This document shows, in pieces, positions 19,981-27,850 of a stretch of DNA of 64,000 bases. This DNA comes from a virus (Duplodnaviria > Caudoviricetes). The notes under the pieces were generated by a model. The model was not told the origin of the DNA. It was given only the letters and a program-made list of their open reading frames with translations, and searched no databases. The DNA is taken from positions 30,410 through 94,409 of the IMG/VR virus record IMGVR_UViG_2871745582_000001; one strand, given 5' to 3'. The number at the start of each line of letters is the position of its first letter. The first letter of the stretch is position 1. Made by a program: the position numbers and the translations under genes.

Positions 19981-20543
19981 TGTGGCTTCTCCACCAGCAC
20001 CAGGCGGCCATCCATCAGGGCTTCTTTGATGGCATTAAATTCCCAGCAGTAAATGTTGGCGTCCACGTATATACGCAGCTCCCGGTAGTCATGCCGTTTA
20101 CGTTTGATGTAAGCCTCAGCAGCTTCGCGCGTGAAGTGAGAATTGACGTATCGCCATTCTTCGGCATAACCCGTGACGGTGTGATCTTCCAGTTCGCTCA
20201 GAACGTCCCACTGAACTTTAGGTGTAGCTTTCAGGAATGTGTCGCCATCGGTTAAAAGCCGTGCCTTGGCGTTTAACTTTTTACGGAGACTGGTGCCAGC
20301 ATCTTTCCAGTAATCAACTGGTGAAAACCATTCGTGCTCGTGGCAAATAACGATTAGGTCATCCGTGTAATCGGTATCGATGCCTGTGACGATGCGTTTT
20401 TGTTCAACGTTGAAAATTGCGTCGGCGGTGCAGTGGTCGTTAACACCTTCGCCGCGTGCGTGATATTCCAGGCGGGTGATGAAATCCGCGAATGTTTCCG
20501 GCGTCAGGCGCGAGCCTGTGGCCAGCGTTTCTGTTGTGCTCAT
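19977..20543 (-). CDS. Ead/Ea22-associated phage hypothetical protein
   Basis: HCTADAIF...HFTREAAEAYIKRKRHDY..LRIYV..YCWEFN.I motif. Confidence 0.65.
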   Translation of the reverse strand: MSTTETLATGSRLTPETFADFITRLEYHARGEGVNDHCTADAIFNVEQKRIVTGIDTDYTDDLIVICHEHEWFSPVDYWKDAGTSLRKKLNAKARLLTDGDTFLKATPKVQWDVLSELEDHTVTGYAEEWRYVNSHFTREAAEAYIKRKRHDYRELRIYVDANIYCWEFNAIKEALMDGRLVLVEKPQ

Positions 20544-20719
20544 CCTTACCCCTGTGATTGATTGCTGCTGTTACGCTGAGTTAAAAATCTGCATTTATTA
20601 GTAAGGGCGCGCTGCGTGAAATCTGGCGGGTAATACCCCTGATTGCTTCCCAGAATTCACGTAGCGACGCCAAATGATCATTGATCAGATCACGGTTAAA
20701 AACCCCGCAACCCCTTGCA

Positions 20720-20735
20720 CTGTATGGATAAACAG
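20720..20735. promoter_or_regulatory. LexA box next to the lox site
   Basis: CTG-TATGGATAAA-CAG. Confidence 0.7.
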
Positions 20736-20765
20736 CCCTCAGTGATCATAAAACCGCCCTTTTAA

Positions 20766-20799
20766 ATTCCTTCGTATAATTGGAGCTATACGAAGTAAT
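20766..20799. other. lox-type recombination site (loxP variant)
   Basis: ATTCCTTCGTATA-ATTGGAGC-TATACGAAGTAAT: 13-8-13 layout, inner 9 bp of each arm identical to loxP; cre is 2.5 kb away. Confidence 0.92.
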
Positions 20800-20849
20800 C
20801 CATGCCGGTGAGGATACAGACCCTCTTGCGTGCCGTCCATAATAATATG

Positions 20850-20944
20850 GAATTTTTTAGAGCAATGCATTATCGCCTTGCTGATTGCAAAATGACCACA
20901 TACGGAAATCGTGAATTGACTGTAGCTCTAATCAAATATAATTT
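20850..20944. promoter_or_regulatory. Divergent C1 operator-like sites and a putative rightward promoter for the RNA array
   Basis: Minus ATTGCTCTAAAAAATT (20851-20866); plus GTAGCTCTAATCAAATA (20922-20938) between TTGACT (20916-20921) and TATAAT/TAATTT (20937-20944). Confidence 0.6.
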
Positions 20945-21073
20945 ACGAACGGTCGGCAACGCAGGATGCGTTACTAAGCGCCAGGATGGCCGCCAGCAGT
21001 TCTGTAACATCAGGTGACCAGCCTACGGGCCTCCTTCACGTCTGCCAGTACGTGGATCAATACTGGCAACCCT

Positions 21074-21149
21074 GGCTCCTTAGCTCAGTTGGTAGAGCGG
21101 CACGTTGAAGGCGTGCGCGTCGCTGGTTCAATTCCAGCAGGAGCCACCA
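21074..21149 (+). tRNA. tRNA-Phe(GAA)
   Basis: GGCTCCT/AGGAGCC acceptor, anticodon arm GCACG-TTGAAGG-CGTGC, T loop TTCAATT, encoded CCA; 76 nt. Confidence 0.9.
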
Positions 21150-21368
21150 TCATTAAGCGCACTATCAAACATCTTCGGCCTGGCGAAGTGGCGTAAAAGC
21201 TGGTGGTAGTGCGCTTAATGATGGGTGATTGCGGCCATGCGGCGCATTGAAGTAAAGGTTCCGCCCGGATCCTGACCTGATATGTCCCGCTGGCCACCAG
21301 CATCTATCCGGGTGACGCTTCCCGACAGACGTCCGCGCCCACTGCGCAGTGTGGGGAATACTGATTAT

Positions 21369-21443
21369 GGGTAGGTCGTATAAAGGCTATTACGGTTGGC
21401 TGTTAACCAACTTATCCGGGTTCGAATCCCGGCCTTCCCGCCA
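21369..21443 (+). tRNA. tRNA-Asn(GTT)
   Basis: Anticodon arm GTTGG-CTGTTAA-CCAAC, T arm CCGGG-TTCGAAT-CCCGG, ends GCCA; one U:U mismatch in the acceptor stem. Confidence 0.85.
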
Positions 21444-21552
21444 ACACAACAGGTAAGCAGCCTGACGAATGAACCGCCTGGCGGGGCGCTCGTGTTGTGA
21501 AACAGGCTGCTTTCCGTTGTGAAGATTTCCGCCTCTCCTACGGGGATCTGCT

Positions 21553-21622
21553 GGTGGCGTAGCATAACTAGTAATGCAGGACGTCATAAACCCGCATATC
21601 GGTGCAAATCCGATCGCCACCA
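21553..21622 (+). ncRNA. tRNA-like RNA / pseudo-tRNA with disrupted anticodon arm
   Basis: Perfect acceptor GGTGGCG/CGCCACC, D stem GCAT/ATGC, T arm ATCGG-TGCAAAT-CCGAT; anticodon region GGACGTCATAAACCCGC cannot form a 5-bp stem; no CCA after the discriminator. Confidence 0.6.
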
Positions 21623-21978
21623 CACAACACACAACGGTGAGAGCCCTGCATTGGTCATGACAGATGAGCCATTGGCAGCAATAGCAAAGAAGCTGCGCCT
21701 GGTTAGCCAGTGCTCTCAACCGTTGTGGTGATTAAAGCCCGGCAACCTTTCACGTTGCGCAGGGGAAACAGTCAGAGCGCGGACTGGAGGGAAACGGCGT
21801 TACTGCGGCATGAAAGGGTCGCCACTACAACACTAACCCGCAGGCTGGTTCAGTCTTCATAGACCATCAGTGCCTGCGCCGGATGGGGTAACCGGCACAC
21901 AATGGTGAGAGGGCTGAACAACAGGCGAGAACCGGCTAACCCGTAATGCCATCCGGTCGGGCAGCTCTCTCAACCATT

Positions 21979-22120
21979 GTGGTGAATGCGCAGGCTGAAG
22001 CGCCATGTATGGGTGGTTCGACAATCGGCATTGCCATCCAGAGGCGACCTTTGCCGGATAGGTTGACGCCCCTGCGAGTATCTGGAAACGAACGCCGGAG
22101 ACCAGCACCGGCCACCACAA
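21979..22120 (+). ncRNA. Structured tRNA-like ncRNA unit (acceptor-like helix plus GCCGG-N9-CCGGC arm)
   Basis: GTGGTG...CACCAC closing helix next to GCCGG-AGACCAGCA-CCGGC; paralogous to 22966-23090. Confidence 0.55.
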
Positions 22121-22125
22121 ACCAA

Positions 22126-22189
22126 TTTGCACGGCCGGAGAGCTGGCCAGCGTGAAAGCGACTGCCGGGAATAAGCGCCGGCGTGCAAA
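22126..22189 (+). ncRNA. 64-nt mini-cloverleaf RNA
   Basis: TTTGCAC/GTGCAAA closing stem, GGCCGG-AGAG-CTGGCC arm, short middle arm, GCCGG-GAATAAGCG-CCGGC arm. Confidence 0.5.
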
Positions 22190-22195
22190 CATTCT

Positions 22196-22271
22196 GGCCC
22201 TTTAGCTCAGCGGTTAGAGCAGGCGGCTCATAACCGCTTTGTCGCCGGTTCAAACCCGGCAAGGGCCACCA
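22196..22271 (+). tRNA. tRNA-Ile2(CAT), lysidine type (Met not excluded)
   Basis: GGCCCTT/AAGGGCC acceptor, CTCATAA loop, close resemblance to enterobacterial ileX; encoded CCA. Confidence 0.88.
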
Positions 22272-22965
22272 GCTTTTGCAGCCAGGCTGACAACGTACTG
22301 TCGTAAACACTGCATTCCTCAATGAGTTGGCTAACTTGAGGCGGGGGCACTCCCTGTAATGTAGGTCCGACCTGCGGACGAGACGAGTGATAGCCGTCCA
22401 TCTGGTAAGTGGCTTAGTGCCTGCAACTGGATGGAATGGCAAGGGTGACGGGCGGAGAGAGTGCCGCACACAACGGAAAGAGCATTGATGAGTTGACGCC
22501 AGACCCAACGCTTAACGGCGTCAGGGATAGGATACAAATGAACAATGCTCTTCCCGTTGTGGTGACACAACAGATAGTTTTCATCAGGCAATGCGGCTGT
22601 TTTTATCATCTAAAGATAAATGCAAACGATGATCTGATGTTGGCAGCGGCCTAAGAAACCAAACGCCACGGGGTATTCCAGTTCCCCGCCACCGAATCTG
22701 GCGCACTGGCCCGGTGTGATTCCGAATGGGCACTTACTCAAACGTACCCTCGGCGGGTTCGATTCCCGACTAGGCCCGGACGGCGACGGGGAGGGTCCAT
22801 TTGAGTGGGTAACAACGGGCATATCGCCTTAGTAAATCCCGCATCGGTGCTGGGTTAATCGCCAGCCGTCCGCTCCACGAAACGGAGCACACAACAGGCA
22901 AGAGCATTAACACCTGGCCGATGCATTCAATCAGAACGAGTGCATATTGGTTTAGTGCTCTTGCC

Positions 22966-23090
22966 GTTGTGGCGATTGCGCCTGCTGAGGCGACCCCGGA
23001 ACGCGGCCGATCCCGAGGGGTGGAAGTGGCGAATATCGGGAAAAGAAGGCACTGCATTCCCTGCCGGAGATCAGCCCCGGCCGTCACAAC
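22966..23090 (+). ncRNA. Structured tRNA-like ncRNA unit, paralog of 21979-22120
   Basis: GTTGTGGCG/CGTCACAAC closing helix; 5' TGCG.C.GCTGA.GCG; 3' GCCGG-AGATCAGCC-CCGGC. Confidence 0.55.
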
Positions 23091-23339
23091 TCAGGCCCGT
23101 AATTGTTATGCCAGTGATCCCTGCTGGTGGCCGTAAGTGGGGCATATGGCACATGTGGGCGCGGAGTCAGGCCGATAAACCTTTTTCGGCTATATGGTTA
23201 TCCGATTAAAGCAGAATGTGTAAGCCAGGGCTTTTCTGTTCTGCCTATTGAGCGCTTAGACAGCGCGGCGATTCGTCTTGACGGCTGGAAGAGACAGCAA
23301 ACAACAGTTAAGCGCACTGCGCCAGGAAAGGCAGCGCGC

Positions 23340-23603
23340 TTAACTATTCTTTTTGGCGTTGTAAAAACCCAGGATGATTTGCGCCAGCTCATCTTCATCT
23401 TCAGGCGTGTAGAGGTATGACACAGGAACGTTGAGAACCCGGGCAATTTTTCGCGCTGTGTCAAACGAAGGGCTATTGGTTCCGCTCTCGTAATAGGAAA
23501 TGCGGGAGCGGGCAGTAGATTCATCGATCCCCACCAGCACCCCTAATTTTTCCTGAGTTAAATTGGCCCTGTGACGAGCCTCTCTGAGTCGGGCTGGAAC
23601 CAT
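23340..23603 (-). CDS. Xre-family HTH regulator
   Basis: RLREARHRANLTQEKLG...RISYYESG..SPSF. Confidence 0.88.
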   Translation of the reverse strand: MVPARLREARHRANLTQEKLGVLVGIDESTARSRISYYESGTNSPSFDTARKIARVLNVPVSYLYTPEDEDELAQIILGFYNAKKNS

Positions 23604-23658
23604 GATAATGCGCCTAAATTAATTTGCCGCATGTTTACCACGACTTCCCAAAAATTGT

Positions 23659-23699
23659 GTTGAGAATCCATCAACCCTTGATGTTGAGAAAAAATCAAC
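23659..23699. promoter_or_regulatory. Two tandem palindromic operators GTTGA-N7-TCAAC
   Basis: GTTGAGAATCCATCAAC (23659-23675) and GTTGAGAAAAAATCAAC (23683-23699), upstream of the Xre gene. Confidence 0.65.
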
Positions 23700-23744
23700 C
23701 TTTTCAAAAACATCAAAATTACTTAGACTCAGAGCCATCTTTTA

Positions 23745-23760
23745 CTGTATAAAAACACAG
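23745..23760. promoter_or_regulatory. LexA box upstream of coi-c1
   Basis: TA-CTG-TATAAAAACA-CAG. Confidence 0.7.
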
Positions 23761-23966
23761 GTTTTAACTGCAATTTTTCTGTAAAATTCTTTGCAGTTTC
23801 TTACACGCACTCTTATGATGGGCTCGGTTCCAAAATAAGACGAATCTGATGTTTTGTACGCTTTCTGAAAGGAATGAACCGAATGATCGGGGAAGTAAGT
23901 TTTCAACAATCTGCCTTTAACCACAGCCACAAAGCCAATGGCGTGCATCACTTCAATGGAACAGTA

Positions 23967-24182
23967 ATGGTCACCTCTTTCCCCACAGCTGACGATGTCA
24001 TTTCTTATTCTAAAAAATTATTTATTGACTTGAATCATCCTGCTGCTGCCACTGCCATTACAAAGCATTACCTTATCTTAACAGGCCGCTATAATGCGCC
24101 TCGCAAAGAAAAAGCAGCCATAGAGACGGCCATGCGCTCAGTTATTAGCCTGCTGGTTACGAATCCTCCGAAACCGCTCTAA
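23967..24182 (+). CDS. coi: C1 inactivator Coi-like protein, 71 aa
   Basis: PTADDV..S..L.ID....AA.AI..HY...L.TN.P pattern matches recalled P1 Coi; sits directly upstream of c1. Confidence 0.7.
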   Translation: MVTSFPTADDVISYSKKLFIDLNHPAAATAITKHYLILTGRYNAPRKEKAAIETAMRSVISLLVTNPPKPL

Positions 24183-24261
24183 AAAAAACAATTTTTTAGA
24201 GATCTTATTCTGACAACGATCTACTATTGCCCGACAACAGATACTAATTTTGGAGCATATA

Positions 24262-25110
24262 GTGGTCGATTACATCAAGGGTGAAACGCTTTATCGCGAA
24301 TTCATTGAATTCCGTTATGGCTTCATTAGCCGTGCTATCGCGCGCGCGAGCCATACTGATGTTACCAGCGACGGTCGCCAGGTGCGGCCGGTTGTTGTTT
24401 TACCCTTCCGCGAAGTTGAAAAGATTCAGGTTGAGATCGACCGGTGGTCTGCGCTGGTGGCTGAACTTGAGCAATACCCGGATCTGGGCATCCCTAAAAC
24501 TCTGCTCTACCCCATCCCGGCTATCATTCGCGGAGTGCGCAAGGCTACGGCTTACAATACAGAAGCTATTAACAGCCGGAACGTTACCGCTGGCCACCTT
24601 GTTCATCTCATTGATAAAGACATCCGCGGACAGAAAAAAGGGCCAGTGACTCCTGCGGCAGAGGCCTACATTGCCAGCCTTGAGAAGGCACGCAAACAGC
24701 TCGCTTCTTACCCGGACGATGAGCCTATGCGCATGCGTATTCACGGCTACCGCGAAACGTTGCTGAACCTCAATTACATATCCACCAGCCCCAACTATAA
24801 AAATGGCCGGAAACAGTCCTATCACGTCCCGGCATGCGGCGTATTCATCTGCGATGAGACCTTGCGTGATGGCCTGACAATTGGCCCCAGCACTGAAAAG
24901 CAGCCATACAGCGTTTACGATGCTGTCGAGCCGATCACCTGCAGCCGCTGGCCAACAGCGAAAATTTACCGCACCGCTGATATTGAAGAGGTCAAAGCCT
25001 CCCGCACAGACGGCGCGGATGCAGAAACGCCTAAATCACTGACAGAATCCCCGCGCGCTCATAAGGCGTCCCGCAAAATTAAAACCGCTCTGCCAGTAAG
25101 CGGGCAGTAA
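24262..25110 (+). CDS. c1: C1 primary repressor
   Basis: SDGRQVRPVVVLPF, ELEQYPDLGIPKT, HLIDKDIR, CGVFICDETLRDG match P1 C1; GTG start with GGAG RBS. Confidence 0.92.
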   Translation: MVDYIKGETLYREFIEFRYGFISRAIARASHTDVTSDGRQVRPVVVLPFREVEKIQVEIDRWSALVAELEQYPDLGIPKTLLYPIPAIIRGVRKATAYNTEAINSRNVTAGHLVHLIDKDIRGQKKGPVTPAAEAYIASLEKARKQLASYPDDEPMRMRIHGYRETLLNLNYISTSPNYKNGRKQSYHVPACGVFICDETLRDGLTIGPSTEKQPYSVYDAVEPITCSRWPTAKIYRTADIEEVKASRTDGADAETPKSLTESPRAHKASRKIKTALPVSGQ

Positions 25111-25116
25111 GCCCGC

Positions 25117-26601
25117 TTATTCATTCAGCCATGCCAGCGCCTCGTCATATTTACTCTCATCATCTGTAGTCAGCACTTCAGAACGTGCAACGTAGTTTGC
25201 TAGCATAGAAAAGCAGTACGTATCCCACCGGTCCGGCGATTTCAGGTTGAGTTTCTTCTTCATGTCCTCTTTGGTCATGACCTTCCACTGACCCGCCGGA
25301 TTAATGCCTGCCGGCATCTTCGAAGCCTGGTCAATCGTGTCGCCGCCTTTATCAATGCGCATGCGCCCTTCTCTGACGGCATTTGCCGCCATGACGTTGG
25401 CGTAGGCGCGCTGATCGAAGAAGCGGCTCTTGTCTTCTCGGCTGAACATTTTCTTACCCCAGCGAATGCGCTGGACCGTGATGCCGTGCTTTTCATAAAG
25501 CAGGTTTGCCGTGTCGGCGCCGAGGCCGTCGCCGTCGATCGCGATGCTGATATTCGGGTAACGGTCCGGGCTGCATTCGGCAAAGATATAATCCGCCAGG
25601 CGGGTGGGTGTGACGTCCGAATACTCCAGAAGCTTATGGGCGATTACGCGGCGCTTCTCACGCTCTCCGGACACCATCATGATATTGATAATGGATTTAT
25701 CCCGCCCTGTACCGCCAGAGACGTCTACGCACGCGATCCACCCCCAGCCCTTCGCTATCTTCACCTTCCGGCGAGATGCCCGTTCAACCTCATCACGGCC
25801 CAGCAGGAAGCCATCCTGTGATTTAGGGAACAGGCCGCGGACCTTGATAAGGTATTCGGGCCGATCGCGGCCGCCGTACTCCGCCAGCTTCATTTTGATA
25901 AAGTCCGGGTCCACCAGTGGCGACTCTTCGGAGTTCAGAGTAATGCTGGTGTAAATGCCGTCCGGGTTTTGCGGCGTCCTGGCGAGCTTATGGTGCGTAT
26001 CGTAAAAGTAGCCACTCGGGCGGGTGGGCTGTGACAGCAACAGGATCCGGTTATCTGCGCCCGTAAGCGCGCCGGTCATGATGCCGAAAGCCTTATCTGA
26101 TACGCCCGATGCCTCATCGATAATATACAGCAGGTGATCGGCGTGCTCGCCCGCCAGCGCTTCTTCGTTGCCCAGACGGAAGCCTTTCGGGATCACCGTC
26201 CAGACGCCTTTGCGCGTTATTTCATAAAAAGACGTTTCGGTGAGGACGAAGTATTCATTGAGCCAGGGGAACCGGCTGACGGCTGTTGACCAGTTTATTT
26301 TGATGTACTTGAAAATACCGGTCATCACCTGCTGGATTTTGTTGGCCACAATGATGACGCGGGCGTCCGGGTACAGGATGATGTAGAGCATGATCATGAT
26401 ACTGGTCATGTCTGATTTGCCGGTGCCGTGCCCGGACGCCACAGTGGTTTTGCTCTTCGTCTCCTGGACCGACTCAATAATCAGATCCTGCTGCCATGTG
26501 GGCGTCTTGCCGAAGAGTACATCCGCGGCGCTTATCCAGTCATAGCGAAAGCGGGTGACCAGCTCGCGCCAGCGCGGGTCTGTAACGATGCTCTTGGCCA
26601 T
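25117..26601 (-). CDS. pacB: Terminase large subunit PacB
   Basis: Walker A SGHGTGKS, Walker B YIIDEA, RNase H-like VDVSGG, KSPDRWD. Confidence 0.93.
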   Translation of the reverse strand: MAKSIVTDPRWRELVTRFRYDWISAADVLFGKTPTWQQDLIIESVQETKSKTTVASGHGTGKSDMTSIMIMLYIILYPDARVIIVANKIQQVMTGIFKYIKINWSTAVSRFPWLNEYFVLTETSFYEITRKGVWTVIPKGFRLGNEEALAGEHADHLLYIIDEASGVSDKAFGIMTGALTGADNRILLLSQPTRPSGYFYDTHHKLARTPQNPDGIYTSITLNSEESPLVDPDFIKMKLAEYGGRDRPEYLIKVRGLFPKSQDGFLLGRDEVERASRRKVKIAKGWGWIACVDVSGGTGRDKSIINIMMVSGEREKRRVIAHKLLEYSDVTPTRLADYIFAECSPDRYPNISIAIDGDGLGADTANLLYEKHGITVQRIRWGKKMFSREDKSRFFDQRAYANVMAANAVREGRMRIDKGGDTIDQASKMPAGINPAGQWKVMTKEDMKKKLNLKSPDRWDTYCFSMLANYVARSEVLTTDDESKYDEALAWLNE

Positions 26602-27800
26602 CAGTCATCGTCCCCATACAGCTCGCGCGTTACGTCCTCATCTTCCTCTTCATCTTCATCAAGCTCCTGCGCCAGCCAGGCTTCGTTGGCCTCACCGTTT
26701 ATGTCCACGTCCCCATGGCCACCACGATCGACGATGTCGTCGATGTCATCCCGGCGCTGCTCTAACCACAGCGTTGTATCCACGCGGCGGGCCTGCGCCC
26801 GCTCCCTGGCTGCGCGGTCCAGATCCTCAAGGGACGGTGCGCCGGCGGCCGTTTGCTGCTCCTCGTCGCTGGATTCGCTTTCTCGCGGAAACTTCAGCTC
26901 ATTGCGCACCAGCTCCATCAGGAAGGGTGGAACCTTTCCGCCGTTTTCCTCGATGTATGCTGCCGTATCCTGATCGCTCCAGCCGTGCTCGCGGCGTTTT
27001 TGATAAGCGAGCTTCACAACGCCGGCATTGCCCATCATGAAGGCGTGCTTTTCCTGCTCCCTGACCTCTTTACGGTAAGTGTTGCGGATGCCGTAGACGG
27101 TATTCACCAGGTTCACTATTTGCGCGGTGCAGTTGGCCAGCATATTCGCCATGCGGTGCTGTACCGGCGTGTCGTCACCCTCTCGTTTCAAATCGTCGAT
27201 GAGCTCCAGGCACGAGTCGCGCGCGGTCTCCAGCATGAGAAGATGGCAAAGCGTCTTCTCTATCAGCGTGATCTCCATGTGGTCGGCGCCAGTGCGTTTA
27301 AGCATGGCGCGCGCCTCCCGGGTTATTTCATCGTTATCAATGCGGAAGTCGGCCGCCTGAAACTCAAAATCCTTTCCCCGGTCTGCCCGATCGCGCGCCA
27401 GCCGCTCTTTCATGGAGCGCTTGGCTCGGGTGATCACCTCATGGTCTTGATCATTGCCTTCCCTTACCTCCTCCACAGTGATCAGGGGGCCGTGTGTCGC
27501 CGCGCCGGTGGCGTCGCCGCCATCACGCTGATTATTAAGGAAATTGGCATGATCATGATCACGTCCGGCTTGATCGCTCTTTTGATCATTACGGATGAGG
27601 GCTTTTATTTTTTTTGCGTGGCCTCGCACGGCTTTGTTCTTCACCACGCCATTACGCGCGGGGCTGGCATCCTTCTGAGACCGAAGATAGCGACGGGCTG
27701 TGTTGGGGTTTAGGCCGTATTCCTCAGCATATTGAGCAATGGTATAGCCGCCTTCACGAGACAGCTTTTCATAGTTCTTAATGTGGTCTTCCCAGGTCAT
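26601..27800 (-). CDS. pacA: Terminase small subunit PacA
   Basis: [30 protein letters not shown]; acidic C-terminus; coupled to pacB. Confidence 0.9.
   Translation of the reverse strand: MTWEDHIKNYEKLSREGGYTIAQYAEEYGLNPNTARRYLRSQKDASPARNGVVKNKAVRGHAKKIKALIRNDQKSDQAGRDHDHANFLNNQRDGGDATGAATHGPLITVEEVREGNDQDHEVITRAKRSMKERLARDRADRGKDFEFQAADFRIDNDEITREARAMLKRTGADHMEITLIEKTLCHLLMLETARDSCLELIDDLKREGDDTPVQHRMANMLANCTAQIVNLVNTVYGIRNTYRKEVREQEKHAFMMGNAGVVKLAYQKRREHGWSDQDTAAYIEENGGKVPPFLMELVRNELKFPRESESSDEEQQTAAGAPSLEDLDRAARERAQARRVDTTLWLEQRRDDIDDIVDRGGHGDVDINGEANEAWLAQELDEDEEEDEDVTRELYGDDD
27431..27588. other. pac packaging site inside pacA
   Basis: Seven TGATC(A/G) hexamers at 27431, 27448, 27479 and 27550, 27556, 27571, 27583: the 3+4 Dam-site layout of P1 pac. 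Confidence 0.85.
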
Positions 27801-27831
27801 AGCTCTTGCAATCCTTTGCTTTAGTGCAGTG

Positions 27832-27850
27832 ACGCTACCACATGTAATTT
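27832..27850 (-). promoter_or_regulatory. Putative late promoter of pacAB
   Basis: AAATTACAT-N4-TAGCGT. Confidence 0.5.

Larger units (their letters stand above)
21445..22971 (+). repeat. Dispersed family of long hairpins with conserved closing stems (5 clear copies)
   Basis: Copies at 21445-21521, 21630-21727, 21898-21981, 22469-22561, 22890-22971; arms CACAA(C/T)..GG..AGAGCA.TG / CA.TGCTCT..CC(G/A)TTGTG around unrelated inserts. Confidence 0.85.

Noticed and set aside
21461-21503. Hammerhead ribozyme (CTGACGA...GAAAC)
   Set aside because: The core words are present but I could not build stem III or a cleavage-site helix.
21445-22971. CRISPR array
   Set aside because: The repeats are paired inverted arms with irregular spacing and divergent sequence, and no cas genes are present.
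20802-23524. Short ORFs listed across the RNA array
   Set aside because: They overlap tRNAs on both strands, lack RBS or recognisable motifs, and are better explained by RNA structure.
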